Counted from the whole stretch's first letter, positions 23,630 through 36,002 are shown. The stretch is 63,158 bases of DNA, filler included, from Dirinaria sp. TL-2023a (GCA_051941275.1; 2 parts of 2 records of this genome joined end to end with filler, not necessarily neighbours in it); one strand, 5' to 3'. The notes: generated from the letters alone by a model not told the origin. Translations and numbers: made by a program.

Positions 23630-25132
23630 ATGGCCCTCACTCGTATACCCACCGAGCTCCTGGAAAGCATTATCGAACATCTCTTACCAGAGGGTTTCGA
23701 GAGTGCAGCATTGACCTGCAAAAAAATCCACGCATCATGCACACGGTTCATGAAACATCATAATACACTCCGTTCGCACTTCCATGACTTTACTTACTAC
23801 GAAAAGATGTCCGACGCGTCTTTCACCATCAGAACAGCGTTCGATATGATCACACGTATCGCTGTCGAGCCGATCGTAGCACGCTACGTTCGGTACGCGG
23901 ACTTCAAGGTCGACAGCTTCTTCACCCGCCACCGCCCTCGTGAATGTTGCCCAGATGTCCACTGCGGTGGCGCTGTCGTCAAGCTGTTTGCCGATTCGCC
24001 CTACCTAGAACAAGCAGGTCTTGATTGGCAGGAATACTACGCCAAGATCGAAGAGGATCTCCAAGGGGCTCGCTATTCACAACATGCTGCTGCTTTTCTG
24101 CTGACACTCCTGCCCAATTTGAAGACCCTCAATTTACCACAGAGGTGGAAGCCGCTCTCCTCAACCGACAAACTCGTTGACACTGTTGTTCGCAAGGCTC
24201 GCCAGTCACAACTTCTTCTTCACAACACGCCCAGCCTTGCCCAGACGACTAGATTCGAGCCATCTACCTCGCTGGGATCAGAGGCAGGATTTGATATGGC
24301 TTGGGCGAGCCCCTTCCTGGCATTGCCGCTCATGTGGTCTTTCCACGGCCTCAGCTGCATAGCCTTGGACGACGGCGGCCACGAGAGCACGTACACGCCC
24401 AAAGATCTCTATGGTGGTCCCTTCGGAGAGGTGCTTGAAGAGGTTCGTCTTGGGCACTCTTGTATCGACGAAGTGGGCATCGCGAGTTTTCTCAAGCACA
24501 TGAAACGTCTCAGGACACTCCTGTATTCCCACTCGACAAAAGGTAATGGCGGCACCCACAACGGAGACTGGGATATCTGCAAATTCTTGAGCGCTATTGA
24601 GCACGAGGCAGGGAGTCATCTTGAGGTGCTTTCTGTCTCCATTCGCGACCTCCGCGGCTCGGTCACTCCTGGTAGAGTTTCAATGCGCAGCTTTCAGCGC
24701 TTGCGGAAGCTCGAACTGCCTCTCGAAGCTGCGATGTGTAATATCACGGCCGCCTCTGCAAGTCGAGCTGCTACCACGACCGGCAACTCCCCGGTTGTCG
24801 GAGATAGCTCAACAGAGCATCACTACATGAATAGCGATGAGCCCTTCATTCGCGACCTTGTACCTGCTTCAGTCTCTCAGCTATCCTTAATCTCGGCTGG
24901 AACGGATGATCATGCAACAGTTCTCGAGTTGATGTTTCGAGGGTTCGTCTCTACGAAGCAATCCACGTTGTCTGCTCTAGAGCAAATTCATTTGGTGTGC
25001 CCTGCTGATGCGGACGATGCGTATAAGGAGCAGTGTGCTAGCCTGCATGCGGACACTGAGAAGGCCGGCGTGGTTGTGCATTTGTACCCGTGCCCGGACT
25101 TTGTCACAGCTGTTTGGGACGAGGATTGGTGA
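23630..25132 (+). CDS. F-box domain protein with an LRR-like C-terminal region, 500 aa, intronless
   Basis: N-terminal LTRIPTELLESIIEHL...AALTCKKI (F-box). LRR-like segments LLPNLKTLNL, LRTLLYSH, LEVLSVSI, FQRLRKLEL. Confidence 0.88.
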   Translation: MALTRIPTELLESIIEHLLPEGFESAALTCKKIHASCTRFMKHHNTLRSHFHDFTYYEKMSDASFTIRTAFDMITRIAVEPIVARYVRYADFKVDSFFTRHRPRECCPDVHCGGAVVKLFADSPYLEQAGLDWQEYYAKIEEDLQGARYSQHAAAFLLTLLPNLKTLNLPQRWKPLSSTDKLVDTVVRKARQSQLLLHNTPSLAQTTRFEPSTSLGSEAGFDMAWASPFLALPLMWSFHGLSCIALDDGGHESTYTPKDLYGGPFGEVLEEVRLGHSCIDEVGIASFLKHMKRLRTLLYSHSTKGNGGTHNGDWDICKFLSAIEHEAGSHLEVLSVSIRDLRGSVTPGRVSMRSFQRLRKLELPLEAAMCNITAASASRAATTTGNSPVVGDSSTEHHYMNSDEPFIRDLVPASVSQLSLISAGTDDHATVLELMFRGFVSTKQSTLSALEQIHLVCPADADDAYKEQCASLHADTEKAGVVVHLYPCPDFVTAVWDEDW

Positions 25133-26773
25133 CCAAACTTTCTCTTCTGGTCACCATGTGGATTTCCATCTTGATCGTATGTACGGAAACTGAAGTAAAA
25201 GTCCAGTGGGAAGCCAAGCTATGGGAGCATCTGAATTTTAGTAAACCGGCGATTATTGCGATTCATGTACTCCACCTTAAGTTCTATTCATTCTCATCAT
25301 TATCTGCAGCGTTCTTCTGTTGAGTGTGCAGCGTGAGCGAGTCGATCCAGAGATTCTTTTGATTATTATCTCTACAACTTTGAGGCAGTATTTCGCACTT
25401 CGTCTTCTCACGAGGATGAAAATGACGCATCACGTCTATTCACGATCGCTCATTGTTTGTCAGCGCAGCATTTACATCGCAGCTTCTGTTCTGCACACGC
25501 GAGAAATTTGGGTTTTACGCTCTCTGAGCTGTATGCTTGTGCGACTCAATTTGAGAACCATTTTGTTTCGCTATTTCTTTCTTTTTCTCCATTTTTGGCT
25601 TGCGTGTATGTTCGTGGCTTTTCCAGGGTGCCTTGAGGACGGCACAATCCAAAAACAGGCAACTCCGAAGCAAATCGTGCTGAAATTTACAGAGCCAACC
25701 ACTCTTGCACAGCTAGGCCTGTGCACGCGACATTCCAGGTCTGACTCTATGTATTCCTCCCAGGATCGCAAACCCTTCCGCGAAAGAAAGGCTAAATAGG
25801 GATACGGGTTTGCGCGTGGCTCCGATCAACTGAGATCCAGATGACTCGCGGAATAAATAGAGTACCCAATAGCTAGCCCGCAGCGAATTTATCACGGCAA
25901 ACCCCTTTTTTGGATGCTCTCTAATTGGCTCTTTCACCGTACCAACCGAGGGTCGGACGAAGATCAGCATGGAAAAGATCAGAGATCACAGCCCGCCGTA
26001 GACACGTGTTTTGGGCTCTTGGAAGAATAAAGCGGGGGTTCATTCTCCGCGATTGGTGGAATTCGTTCAGCGATGCCGACTGAGCAGTTCTGGCAGCAAG
26101 AATGCGCCAGCATGACCGACAAAAGAATCGAGAAGATGATGAGCGTACGTGGATTTAGGCAGCAATTTGCACCAGGGAAGGGAATAAAGCCTCTAAAATA
26201 TGCTTCCGCAAGACCCTCAGAGTTAAGAGCGTTCATCAATTCTCCAACACTTGGCGCTATGAGATCATTTTTCATTCCTCGTTCTGAAGGTTCGGGCTCC
26301 AGCATTTGGGGTGATACAGTCGTAATCATCTGAGCCGAACTTAGGTGTGTCGATAATGATGATGGTGATGGTGGTCCGAGCGATCGCGGAACAGGGAGAC
26401 GTGTAATTGAAGTTTCATGGCAAATTAACAATTCATAAATCTGCTTTGCGCTATGTTTACCCTACGTTCGTTGCCGAACTCTGAAATTGAGTGCGTCTTT
26501 AATGAATTGTGCAAAAGGGGGGAAAAAAAGAAGTGAAAGAAAGGAAGAAAAGAACAAGGGATATGAAAGAAAATTAAAGGTAGGATACTCACCGTTGCGC
26601 TAAGCGATTAGGAACATTCCATAGGCCAGGATCTGATCCTCTGCATCCTGCAGCGGGCCGAAATTCAAATCTCAGACCTCAAGCCGATTCAATAGCCGGG
26701 GAAACAACGATGGAGTGGCCCAAGCGGACCAGCCCGATTCGCCGAGGCCCATCTTCCATTCTACATATATAGC

Positions 26774-27961
26774 ATGTCTTCATGGCTACTCTATCAAGCA
26801 ATTGTTAAGGGTCCAAAAATCGATCCCTTTCCTGCTAACCAAATCCGTGCACAATCGACGCGCTCGACGATGCCAATTGAAAACACCAATGCGCATTTCT
26901 TCTACCGCCAGCTTTTTATCAGGCCGGCGCCTGTGACCAAATCTCAACACGATCTCACGGGGCTCACTGCCATCGTCACGGGCTCCAACACCGGTCTTGG
27001 CTACCATGCTAGCCGGCAAATATTGTCCCTCGGGCTCTCCCGCCTCATCCTGGCCGTGCGCGACACCACGAAAGGAGAAACGGCCAAAGCGTCTTTTATT
27101 TCCAGCCTCAACAGTGCCCCGAACAAGAACCCATTCGAGCCGCAGATCGAGGTCTGGGAACTCGATATGACGTCATACGAGAGTATCCTGAACTTCAGCA
27201 ATCGAGTGCGCGATACATCGGGGCTGCGGATCGATTACGCGATTCTGAACGCGGGCGTGGTGCGAACCGACTTTCAGCAGCGTGACGGCAACGAGATCAC
27301 CATGCTGACCAACTGGCTTGGCACAGCCCTGTTGACTGCCACACTCCGGCCTGTCTTGCAAGCGCAGTACGACGACGCTCGACGGTCCAGCGCGGCGCAA
27401 AAGGCGGTGTCTGATGTGAGCCCACCCGTTCTGACCATCGTCGGCAGCGATGTCGCGGCTATAGCGACTTTCAGAGAGAAGGACCTTGCCTCCAAGCAGA
27501 ACACCAGCGTTCTAAAGCAATTGAACGAGAAGAAAAATTTCGAATGGATCGATCGCTACAATACCTCGAAGCTGCTGCTGCTCATGTTCTTTCAAGAGTT
27601 CTGCGATCGCGTGGATAAGGCTGGTGGTAACGAGGTCATCGTGAACCTTATGACTCCCGGCTTCTGCTACGGGTCGGACTTGCATCGCTCGTTAGAGGGT
27701 ATGATGGGCAAGTTCTTTATGTCTGTCAAGAGATTAATTGGCCGCTCTACTCCTGTTGGTGCAAGAACCTTAGTGCACGCTGCTGTGGTGGCGGGAAAGG
27801 AGTCGCATGGGAAGTACCTCATGGATGAACGCGTCGCACCATTTGCAGATTATGTGGAGACTGAGAAGGGGAAAGCGATGACAAAGCAGCTATGGGGAGA
27901 GCTCGAGGAGGAATTTTCAAAGGTGGTCGATCTCAAGCAGCTTGTTTCTCAAAAGCAATAG
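26774..27961 (+). CDS. Short-chain dehydrogenase/reductase (retinol-dehydrogenase-like class); true start may be ATG 26870
   Basis: AIVTGSNTGLG (Rossmann), ILNAG, catalytic YNTSK, VNLMTPGFC, GARTLVHAA. Confidence 0.92.
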   Translation: MSSWLLYQAIVKGPKIDPFPANQIRAQSTRSTMPIENTNAHFFYRQLFIRPAPVTKSQHDLTGLTAIVTGSNTGLGYHASRQILSLGLSRLILAVRDTTKGETAKASFISSLNSAPNKNPFEPQIEVWELDMTSYESILNFSNRVRDTSGLRIDYAILNAGVVRTDFQQRDGNEITMLTNWLGTALLTATLRPVLQAQYDDARRSSAAQKAVSDVSPPVLTIVGSDVAAIATFREKDLASKQNTSVLKQLNEKKNFEWIDRYNTSKLLLLMFFQEFCDRVDKAGGNEVIVNLMTPGFCYGSDLHRSLEGMMGKFFMSVKRLIGRSTPVGARTLVHAAVVAGKESHGKYLMDERVAPFADYVETEKGKAMTKQLWGELEEEFSKVVDLKQLVSQKQ

Positions 27962-28199
27962 TCATTCGAGTCTTCTTTGTGGCGTGGTGCTCCGTCAATC
28001 TCTCTGGATTGCTCGTCTTGAGGCATACAGTTAGAGTTGCCTTGGGCTAGTGGCTTTTGGTAGCATCGAGGTCGCACTATATTCTTTTCACGAGCATTTG
28101 TGACATCGTGGGTTGTCTTATCGTCAGCGTGCCACTCGAGCTCTTGAGATCGAGACGTACGATCGAATCCTGACTGTGTCCCTAGGAGAGTTATCTGAT

Positions 28200-29350
28200 G
28201 ATAGTACGGCAAGTCGCTCGAATGCAATCAGTGAGCGTGACGAATGTCAAATGTGATGAGACTTCACAAACTGTGTACTACATCTCTCGAAACAGCACTG
28301 CTCCATGCAAAGCGCTTCAAACAAATCTTCTTCAGGATGTGACTTCAAAATTGACTGCCCGATTTCTCTGATCTTCAATTTTCTCGCATTGTTTGACAGC
28401 AAACATTCAGAATGCAGCATGCGCAAGGACTTGCAGGATCATGGTCTCATACAACTAATACTTCATCACTTGGAAACTGAATCTGAGAAGACGTGGTCGT
28501 CGAGAGAGAGCAGCATGCTGGAAAACGAGCGGTGAATGTCAGAGATATTGAGCTCGACGCTGTCGGGAAAACCATACTTCATCCCTTGAAACAGCATTGT
28601 TCGAATAGCGCACTCGAGAAGGAGTTCTCTGGCCGCTTTGGTACCAACATTATGCTTTACTCCGCCCGAAGATTCATCTTTTTCACACTGCCTGACAGCA
28701 AACGCTCAATCTGCAGAACGATGTTTCTACACCGTCAAATTCTTCGTAATTCGCAAAATGAATTACTCCTCGAGATGAATCAGGAAAGACGGAGTCTACG
28801 GAAGATGACACGTCTGAGACTTATCTTAATTCATTGATCAATCATTCGAGACGTACTGCATGCTTGATGGACAGATGAAGTGATTCTCCGCATAGAGAAG
28901 CTGGAACAAACTTCTTCAGAAGTCTTTCCTACTCGCTGAATTTCCGAGCTGTCTCAAAGTGTCGCAAAGATTGAAACACAACGAAAATTTTCTTTTCTTT
29001 TGAAACTTCTACATTCATTCACATCTTCAGCAGCACTGCATATCCGCACATCGAGTTCAAGTAGAGCAGTCTCGAGTTCAAACAGATCTGTCTCACCAAT
29101 GCAACGAAACGTCGTGGACAACAAACGACGTGAAAGTCGTTTGAGTTTCAGTGCGAGACGCGTAATCCAAGATCAGTGTGTCGAGTATCAGAATGATTTC
29201 TCGAAGGCTGCCTGAGTCTATAAAAGACTGCTCCGTCTCTCTCTCTTTCTCTTTCTCCAGTGCTTGTTCTTCAGAGCTTCGAGAAGCAGCTTTCTGTTGC
29301 GACTGTCATTATCAAATGAGGACAGAATGTGAGGATCAGCATTTTGAAAA
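28200..29350. other. CC/GG-depleted non-coding tract (mutated repeat relic?)
   Basis: 28950-29200 has very few GG/CC but many CG, TC and GA. No credible ORF. Confidence 0.5.
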
Positions 29351-29397
29351 GACATTCAGCTTAGTGGTATCCTGGACAGTACTCGGACGGACTCAGA

Positions 29398-31005
29398 ATG
29401 CCTCCTAAGGGCTCTGGCAGGGGTGGCAAGAAGGACGACAAGAAATGCCAGCCTGAACCTAGTGAAGAGCGCGAAGAACTGAGCCGATCAGTTTCGAAAC
29501 GGTCGCGGGACTATGCAGATCTTAAGGATCGGGCAGATCGTGGTGATCCTGAAGCCATTGAAAAATTAGAAAACCAACGTGCTAAAAGGGCCGAACTTAG
29601 TAGAAAATATAGGACCGATCCTGTAAACAGAGAAAAAATAAATGCTAATCAGCGGAAACACAATCAGGATGTACGAAAGGATGAAGGACTTCATGAAGAG
29701 AGGAAGGCGACTTCTAAGGAATGGAGGGATCATCAAAAGGAGCTGGTAGCCCGTGGTGATCCTGATGCCATTGCAAGGAAAAATAAAGACCTTGAAAGGT
29801 CACGAAAATGGACAAAGGATTTACAGGATGATCCCAAAAAGAGACAGAAAGACCTGAATAGGCAAAAAGAATATCGGAGAAGAAAAAGGAAGGCAAAGGA
29901 GGACGAGGAGAGAATGACACAGCTTGCAGAGGACCTAGATTTGGAGCTAGACGATCTTGGAGGATATTTGAGACAAGCGGAAGAAGGTTGGCGCCAAGAA
30001 GGGCATGACCCAATTGCATCACGCTCTCCACGAGACTCTCGACAACGCTCTCAACGAGGCACCCGACAATCTTCTCCTGTATCCCCTGGACTCCTATTGC
30101 CGGCGCAGCATCAAAACCGTGAGAGAAGTGTGCTCGTACCGGAAGACTATGAAACCCCCGCCGGGCAGTCACGAAGGCCGGAACATCAAGTTAGCTCTCA
30201 GAGATCGAAGCGGCGAGAGGATCTTCAAAAATGGGATCACAAGGCCGCCGTCGCCGCAATGTGGGCACAAGAGGAGCAAAGGAAAGCAGAAGAGAAGCAA
30301 AAGAAAGCTGAAGAGAAGCATGAAGAGAAGCATGGGAAAGCCGAAGAGAAGTGGAAGATAGAAGAAGAATGGAAGCAAAGGCAAGAGGAAGAACGGAAGC
30401 AAAGGGAAGTCGAAGACAAGCAATGGGAAGCCGAAGAGAAGGCGATGCAAAAAGCAATCAGAGATTCTCAAAGGCAAATCTCTTCTACCGGGCAGCACAA
30501 TCCATGGCCTGTTCCCCCTCACATACAAACCTCCAATCAACCATCGTACATGTCATCATATACCCGGCAAGCAGATCCTCCTTATCAGCCATATCGCTAT
30601 CAGCAACAAAGTCCCTTTCAATACCATGATCCCCAGCAATCACATCCCCAACAATCATATCCCCGGCAATCATATCCCCGGCAATCATATCCCCAGCAAT
30701 CATTAGCCCAGCAAGCATATCTCCAGTCATTATACCAGTATCCATCATATGAGGAGCAGCAAAGGAATCCTAATCTACAACCAAGTGCTTATCTACCGCA
30801 AGATCCTCCTCAACAAGCAAATGTCCCTATGCAATCTCATAATCCTGCTCAAACGGCCTTTGTTCAAGCAGCAAATGTTCCTTCACATGAGCAGTATCTC
30901 GGACTTCAGCCAGAGCGACCCTGTGAAGGAGGGCGCGGACGACAGCTGGAATCGGATAACGGGACACGAGGTGATTCCAGGAAAAGGGGAAAGAAAAAGA
31001 AGTAG
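29398..31005 (+). CDS. 535-aa intronless orphan with a highly charged coiled-coil N-half and a Q/P/Y/S-rich low-complexity C-half
   Basis: Long ORF with K/R/E-rich helices, two RGDP(E/D)AI motifs, (Q/R)QSYP repeats and a basic C-terminus RKRGKKKK (NLS-like). Confidence 0.75.
   Translation: MPPKGSGRGGKKDDKKCQPEPSEEREELSRSVSKRSRDYADLKDRADRGDPEAIEKLENQRAKRAELSRKYRTDPVNREKINANQRKHNQDVRKDEGLHEERKATSKEWRDHQKELVARGDPDAIARKNKDLERSRKWTKDLQDDPKKRQKDLNRQKEYRRRKRKAKEDEERMTQLAEDLDLELDDLGGYLRQAEEGWRQEGHDPIASRSPRDSRQRSQRGTRQSSPVSPGLLLPAQHQNRERSVLVPEDYETPAGQSRRPEHQVSSQRSKRREDLQKWDHKAAVAAMWAQEEQRKAEEKQKKAEEKHEEKHGKAEEKWKIEEEWKQRQEEERKQREVEDKQWEAEEKAMQKAIRDSQRQISSTGQHNPWPVPPHIQTSNQPSYMSSYTRQADPPYQPYRYQQQSPFQYHDPQQSHPQQSYPRQSYPRQSYPQQSLAQQAYLQSLYQYPSYEEQQRNPNLQPSAYLPQDPPQQANVPMQSHNPAQTAFVQAANVPSHEQYLGLQPERPCEGGRGRQLESDNGTRGDSRKRGKKKK
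30637..30735 (+). repeat. 15-bp coding minisatellite (CAATCATATCCCC(A/G)G), about 5-6 degenerate copies
   Basis: Encodes QQSHP-QQSYP-RQSYP-RQSYP-QQSLA-QQAYL. Confidence 0.85.
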
Positions 31006-31554
31006 CCACCCTTACACAGCATTTCGATCGCTGATGGCTATCTTCATCGATCAACACATGATTCAGCTATCGAACACGCTAACTATTCTCGGCATCCTAG
31101 TCACCAAGGCTCTCTTTTTCTACTTATTTCCTTTATATGTGCTAGGCAGACATAGACATTAACACTTAATCGTTAATAGTAATGGGCAGAGGTTACAAGA
31201 GGACGGCCGGTTTTAGATTCATGGGATAGATCTCTTTGAGTTCGGTTTCGAGCGTGTGCTGCAAGTTTCTGGGTTTCGGAGGACGGTGTAATGGGCGGAG
31301 GTTGAGAGTTACCAATTTAGATTTCTTTGATTTCGGTTTCGATTTTACATAGACAATTTAGATCTCTTTGCTTTTCAGAACGGTTCGGTGGATCGAGGTT
31401 GAGACTCAGTTTGATAGAGACATTAGACCCTAATAGATTTCTTTCATTCCTGAGATGGAGCATGTGCTGTTAATATATGGATTTTTGTGGGTGGTTTATA
31501 GTTAGAGGTCTCAAATGGTGTCTGAGTAAACCACGCTTTACTCGTAGCCACTCT

Positions 31555-31654
31555 NNNNNNNNNNNNNNNNNNNNNNNNNNNNNNNNNNNNNNNNNNNNTT
31601 AATTAATTAANNNNNNNNNNNNNNNNNNNNNNNNNNNNNNNNNNNNNNNNNNNN
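31555..31654. other. Assembly gap with an artificial linker (44 N + TTAATTAATTAA + 44 N)
   Basis: Exactly 100 nt and symmetric. TTAATTAATTAA places stop codons in all six frames, a common contig-joining spacer. Confidence 0.97.
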
Positions 31655-32823
31655 AAAAAAAAAAAAAAAAAGTCCGCATAACATTTCTCACTCTCAGAAA
31701 AAATCAAACATCCTGAAAACAAATATATAATCGCCTCTATTTCTTTCTCTTACCCGGCCCCTCTTCTATTTTGTAGAGTAGGTTTCGAAGATCGAAGAAT
31801 GGTGAATGAATGGAAGATTGAAAGGAAAAAAAAGGAGTGAGGGAACAAGACTGGGTTTTGAATTTTTGTGAGAGGAAGAGAGAAAAACTTTAAATGCTTA
31901 CGCGAGATGAGGATCACTGATCAGAGATGAATGTTGACTACAATCTGAGATTCTAATTATCTTCTATGATGATTCATGACAATAATGATGATGGGCTATT
32001 CGAAAGTTAAGAAGAAAGAGCTGGGTGGGAACGACAGTCGTAGTGGAAGATATGCTTCTAGGGGTAGGGCACGTGCTGTATCTATCGATTTTTTATATTC
32101 TAGAGGATGGAAATTGGGATGTCTTTATTTTCCCCCTTGTTTCTTAGTGCTTTGAGACCAGCTTCCCATGCGAGAGTCTGTATTCCTATCCCACGTCATA
32201 ATATCGCTCAGTAGAATAACTGGGGGTTTAAGCTCCCACTTTGATCCGTTCTGAAAAAAAAAAAAAAAGGGGGCGCTTGTTGCAGATATCAAAAATCTCC
32301 CGGTGGCGAATGCCTTTCCCAAAACGAATTGTTCATAAGATCAGCTTCGCGCTTTTAGGTAGAAAAATTGAAATTTTAGAATTGTTCCCGTGATCTAGGG
32401 TGAGGTATACTGGCCTAATCGATTGTGCGGCAGATTCGGTCTGCGCTATGCGGGTTTGGTACCCAGGTGGACGCGTTCCCAGCTTCTGCAGGCCCTGGCC
32501 CGGAGTCGGATGAGGGTCTGAAGTAAAGCTGTGCTAAGTCTCATAGGTTTTTGGGGAGTATTGATCAGAATGCGACGACCATGTGGATAAAGCTACATCA
32601 ACAGAACTTCCTGGCGCTCATGCAGCGTCTATATGATATCCGTTGCCAAGGAGGAATTTCAATAGCCGTTGTGTAAAGGCATGGGATGTGTCCAGCAGCG
32701 GTAACATTCCCGCACTCATACCCACATGCGCATCGACACGAGGCAGGTAAGGTACGCCTCCAGCCGTAGTATCGTGCTGGAGGCCGCTTCGTATGTCATG
32801 GTTCCGGTCACTGGATCCGCTGA

Positions 32824-34493
32824 CTAGAAGCAGAATCTTTCCCTCAGAGCTTTTCTGGACGCGAACAAGTCTTTTTGCGATCCGCGGATATAGCAGAGAT
32901 AGTAATACAGCAATGAAACGGCGATGCTCGAGGGCCCGATCAGAGCCCAGAAGATCCAGAAGTCGGTGGCTACGACGAGCTTCCTTTGGTCGGAGTCGAA
33001 ATTGAAGAACTGGCAGCCGAAGATTGCCTGCTTGATTGTGAGTAGGGAGACGCAGAGGGAGACGGATGCATGGGATCCATACAGCGATGGTTGCTAGAGG
33101 CAGGAACAGCACTGTGACGGTCGCGATCGCTCGCATGGACTTGCTGTCTTCGATCATCATCTGGCTGTCGTGTTGTGTGACTACGTTGAAGGCCTGGCGT
33201 TTCATTAATGGTCATTCCAATCCGTGCTGAAGAATGAGCCTACCAAGTTGATCATGTTCTGGACTCGCTTTTCTAGAGATTCCATGCGCAATGTCCAAAC
33301 ATCGGCCTGGATTACTTTCTGCGAAAGGACTTGGCTTGCCAAAGTCATCGCTTGAAGCGCATCCTGTCCTTCTTGAGGCGGGTGTTTTAGGAGCTCACTG
33401 TGGAACTCTTGGAGACGCGCAAGCATCGCGGCTGATCCCTGCGAGCTCTCTTTGAGATGGATGATGTGCTTTGCGATATTGTGCAGTCCCACAAAGTCGT
33501 GATGGGGCCGCTGGCCGCCGCCAGCATCAGCTGCCGTGGCGAGGGTGTCCTAATCAACGTTGGCTTTCTACTCGCTTCCATCCGATCGAAGAGAGCTCAC
33601 TGTTTCTACGACTCCAAAGGTCTCTCGCACATTGTTGTAGACTCCTTGGGCTTGCCGCCACAATTGGTCGAAACAGATAATGAGAAGACTGAAAGGGTCA
33701 CGGAGGACGTGCGTCAGGTCAGTGCTCCATAACCCTTCGAACCGCTCTCTCAGCTCCGGTGGCGCACTAAAGATGATAAGTGTGACCGTCGTCGAAGTGA
33801 AATCATCAGCGTTTGTCCATCTCAAAAACACGCTCGTACGGAACCAAGTCCAATCGCCTTGGCTCAGACCTACACCACGTGGATTGCGTGGATCAACAAT
33901 GTGCCTGGATTGTGCTGAAGCCGGGGAAAGGTTAATGTTCTTGCAGAGGTAGTGGAACCAGGCAGCTGGTCCTTCGAATCAGTTGACTGTTGGATAGTTT
34001 CAGGTGAGTTTAGGAAAGACTCACAGTAAGTGCCATCCTCAGAGGTTGCTCCGAACGAGTGAGTGACAGACTCCAATCGCTGTGAGACAAAATCGGACGG
34101 AATGGAAAGCTTTTCAAATAGAGCATGAATTCCAAGTGCTGTGCGCGGCTGCGGTACATCGAGGGGTGCAAAGCTATTAAGCAAGCTCAGCCGTCGTTCA
34201 AGTATTCCACAGATGGAGCGTCGATACCATACATTATACGAAATCGGTGACTCGGTACAGCGGTGAGATGATGAGCATTGGTTTGCACGATCGGATGCTG
34301 CCGACAGGGATCCCCTACGGCATTGTTAGATTTGTAAGACTTGTTCTTTCTGAATGTCAGCGACTGGCAATCTACCGGGCGACCACTCCAGCAAGCTAAC
34401 GGGACAAGTTTCAGGACCGTCAAGACGTCCTCTTCCACGCGCTCGTTGAAGGAACTCAGATCTGCTAGAACTATCTTGATAAAATTCTAACAT
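32824..34493 (-). CDS. Fungal CorA-like domain membrane protein, about 7 exons
   Basis: Spliced product MLEFYQD...IPSDFVSQRLESVTHSFG...WFHYLCKNI...DPFSLLII...LHNIAKHIIHL...LEKRVQNMINL-AFNVVTQHDSQMMIEDSKSMRAIATVTVLFLPLATIA-AIFGCQFF...FWIFWAL. The long stalk helix plus two C-terminal TM helices fits CorA-like proteins; the canonical GMN motif is replaced by GCQ. Confidence 0.8.
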
Positions 34494-36002
34494 GTTAATG
34501 ATAGCAATTGGAGCGAAACTCCGGTTGAATGAATGTTCGTGGCACCACTGCTTCCCTTTCCCCAGCTGTTGCAACTCTTAAGACAAGAAGGCTATCTCTT
34601 GAAGTGAGATTATTCAGCGCCGAGAGCTCCAGGCAAGAAATGGCCAATAAATCTGATTGCGCTAAAGATGAAAATGCTGATGATGGCGCTTCAGTCCCAA
34701 AGAACGACGCAACGATTCACCCAGCATATCCTGAACAATCTTTCGGCGCCGCATCCAGACGCTTTGTAAGCGCATAGCTCTGCTCAAACAAGCCATCACC
34801 ATTTGCCCAACACAGGTTAGTCCCTGGAGTCATAATAATAATTTCTCGCGCCTGTACCTTACGTACTTGAAGCATGTAAGGGGGCGCACTACGGAGCTAC
34901 AGCACGTTACGCATCTTTGTGGATTATGCAGGTAGCTGCAGCATCCTTGCAGATCTCCTCGTATTTCCCACTGTAACGGGGCGTAAAGGATGGACATCTT
35001 GCAGAAAGGCGAAAGCCATGTGGTTTGATGCAGGCCTTTTTTTTTGGTTTGTACGGAGATCGGTCCTTCAAAATGGCTTGGACCTTTCGATACATGTTCT
35101 TGGCAGACTTCTGGGAGCTTACTCCGATCTCCAATGACAGCGCGCCAATTTGTCGAGCTGCAGAGGAAGCGGAACAGCTGAGACCGCCTTCGGACCCAAA
35201 GAAGTAATCATGGCTTGGCTGCGTGTGTGTTAAGCTGTTAGCGTCTGTCAGCCTTGTCGGAATCGGGCCTGCATAATTCGCCAAGAGAGCTGGCTTGACC
35301 TAGTGAGCCAGAGGCACACCCGTGCTGAACAGGGGGAGATTCATGTGCCTGCGATTGCATCTATGCCACGCGAATCAGGTCTGCAAGGACCCGAACATTT
35401 ATCTGATATCTCATCAATCCTGAAGGATATCTCAAATTGGGTCGTGTCCAGTCCAACCTTTCGCATGCTGCTAAAAGCGACGATTCGAACGCACTTCCGG
35501 CCATCATTAGATGCCGTGTTTGAAGAGTATTTCGTCTGTCAAGGCGAGAACACCATGATTAAGGAAAGAGAACCAGACATGGGTGGTGTGGTGTGGACCC
35601 AGCCTGGTTCTGGATCTATCTTGTGTAACTGTGGCTCGAAAAGCGAAATCAGTGTGACTCAATGCTTCGATCTAACAATACACGTCTCGGCCGTACACTC
35701 GAACATAGCTCAGTAGTGCCGTGGTATATGTAACTCGACTGATCTGCTGCCTTTCTGTTGCTCCTGTCTCTGTTCAACCTGCTCTGAAGTACGACTTGGT
35801 CCCTCTCTTTAATTGCTTCGAACGTGCCTTGTGCATTCATCATTCGCTTTTCACCCAGTTTGGCGATTACTGAACAAAGCACCTTGCTCTTCCAAGCAGG
35901 CTGAGTGGTTTTAAGTTCTGAACAGAAGTTGCCATCTGCTATCTTCATTCTTAATCCCTTGTTCTTTCTCTGCCCATCTGAGATCGCCAATCAATTTCAC
36001 AA

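Noticed and set aside
31599..31610. TTAATTAATTAA as a biological palindrome or piggyBac-type TTAA target
   Set aside because: It sits exactly centred in N runs and is an assembly spacer.
34529..35990. Several 60-137 aa ORFs between the CorA-like and HET-like genes
   Set aside because: Mostly non-ATG starts, no motifs or consistent splice structure; treated as shared promoter DNA.
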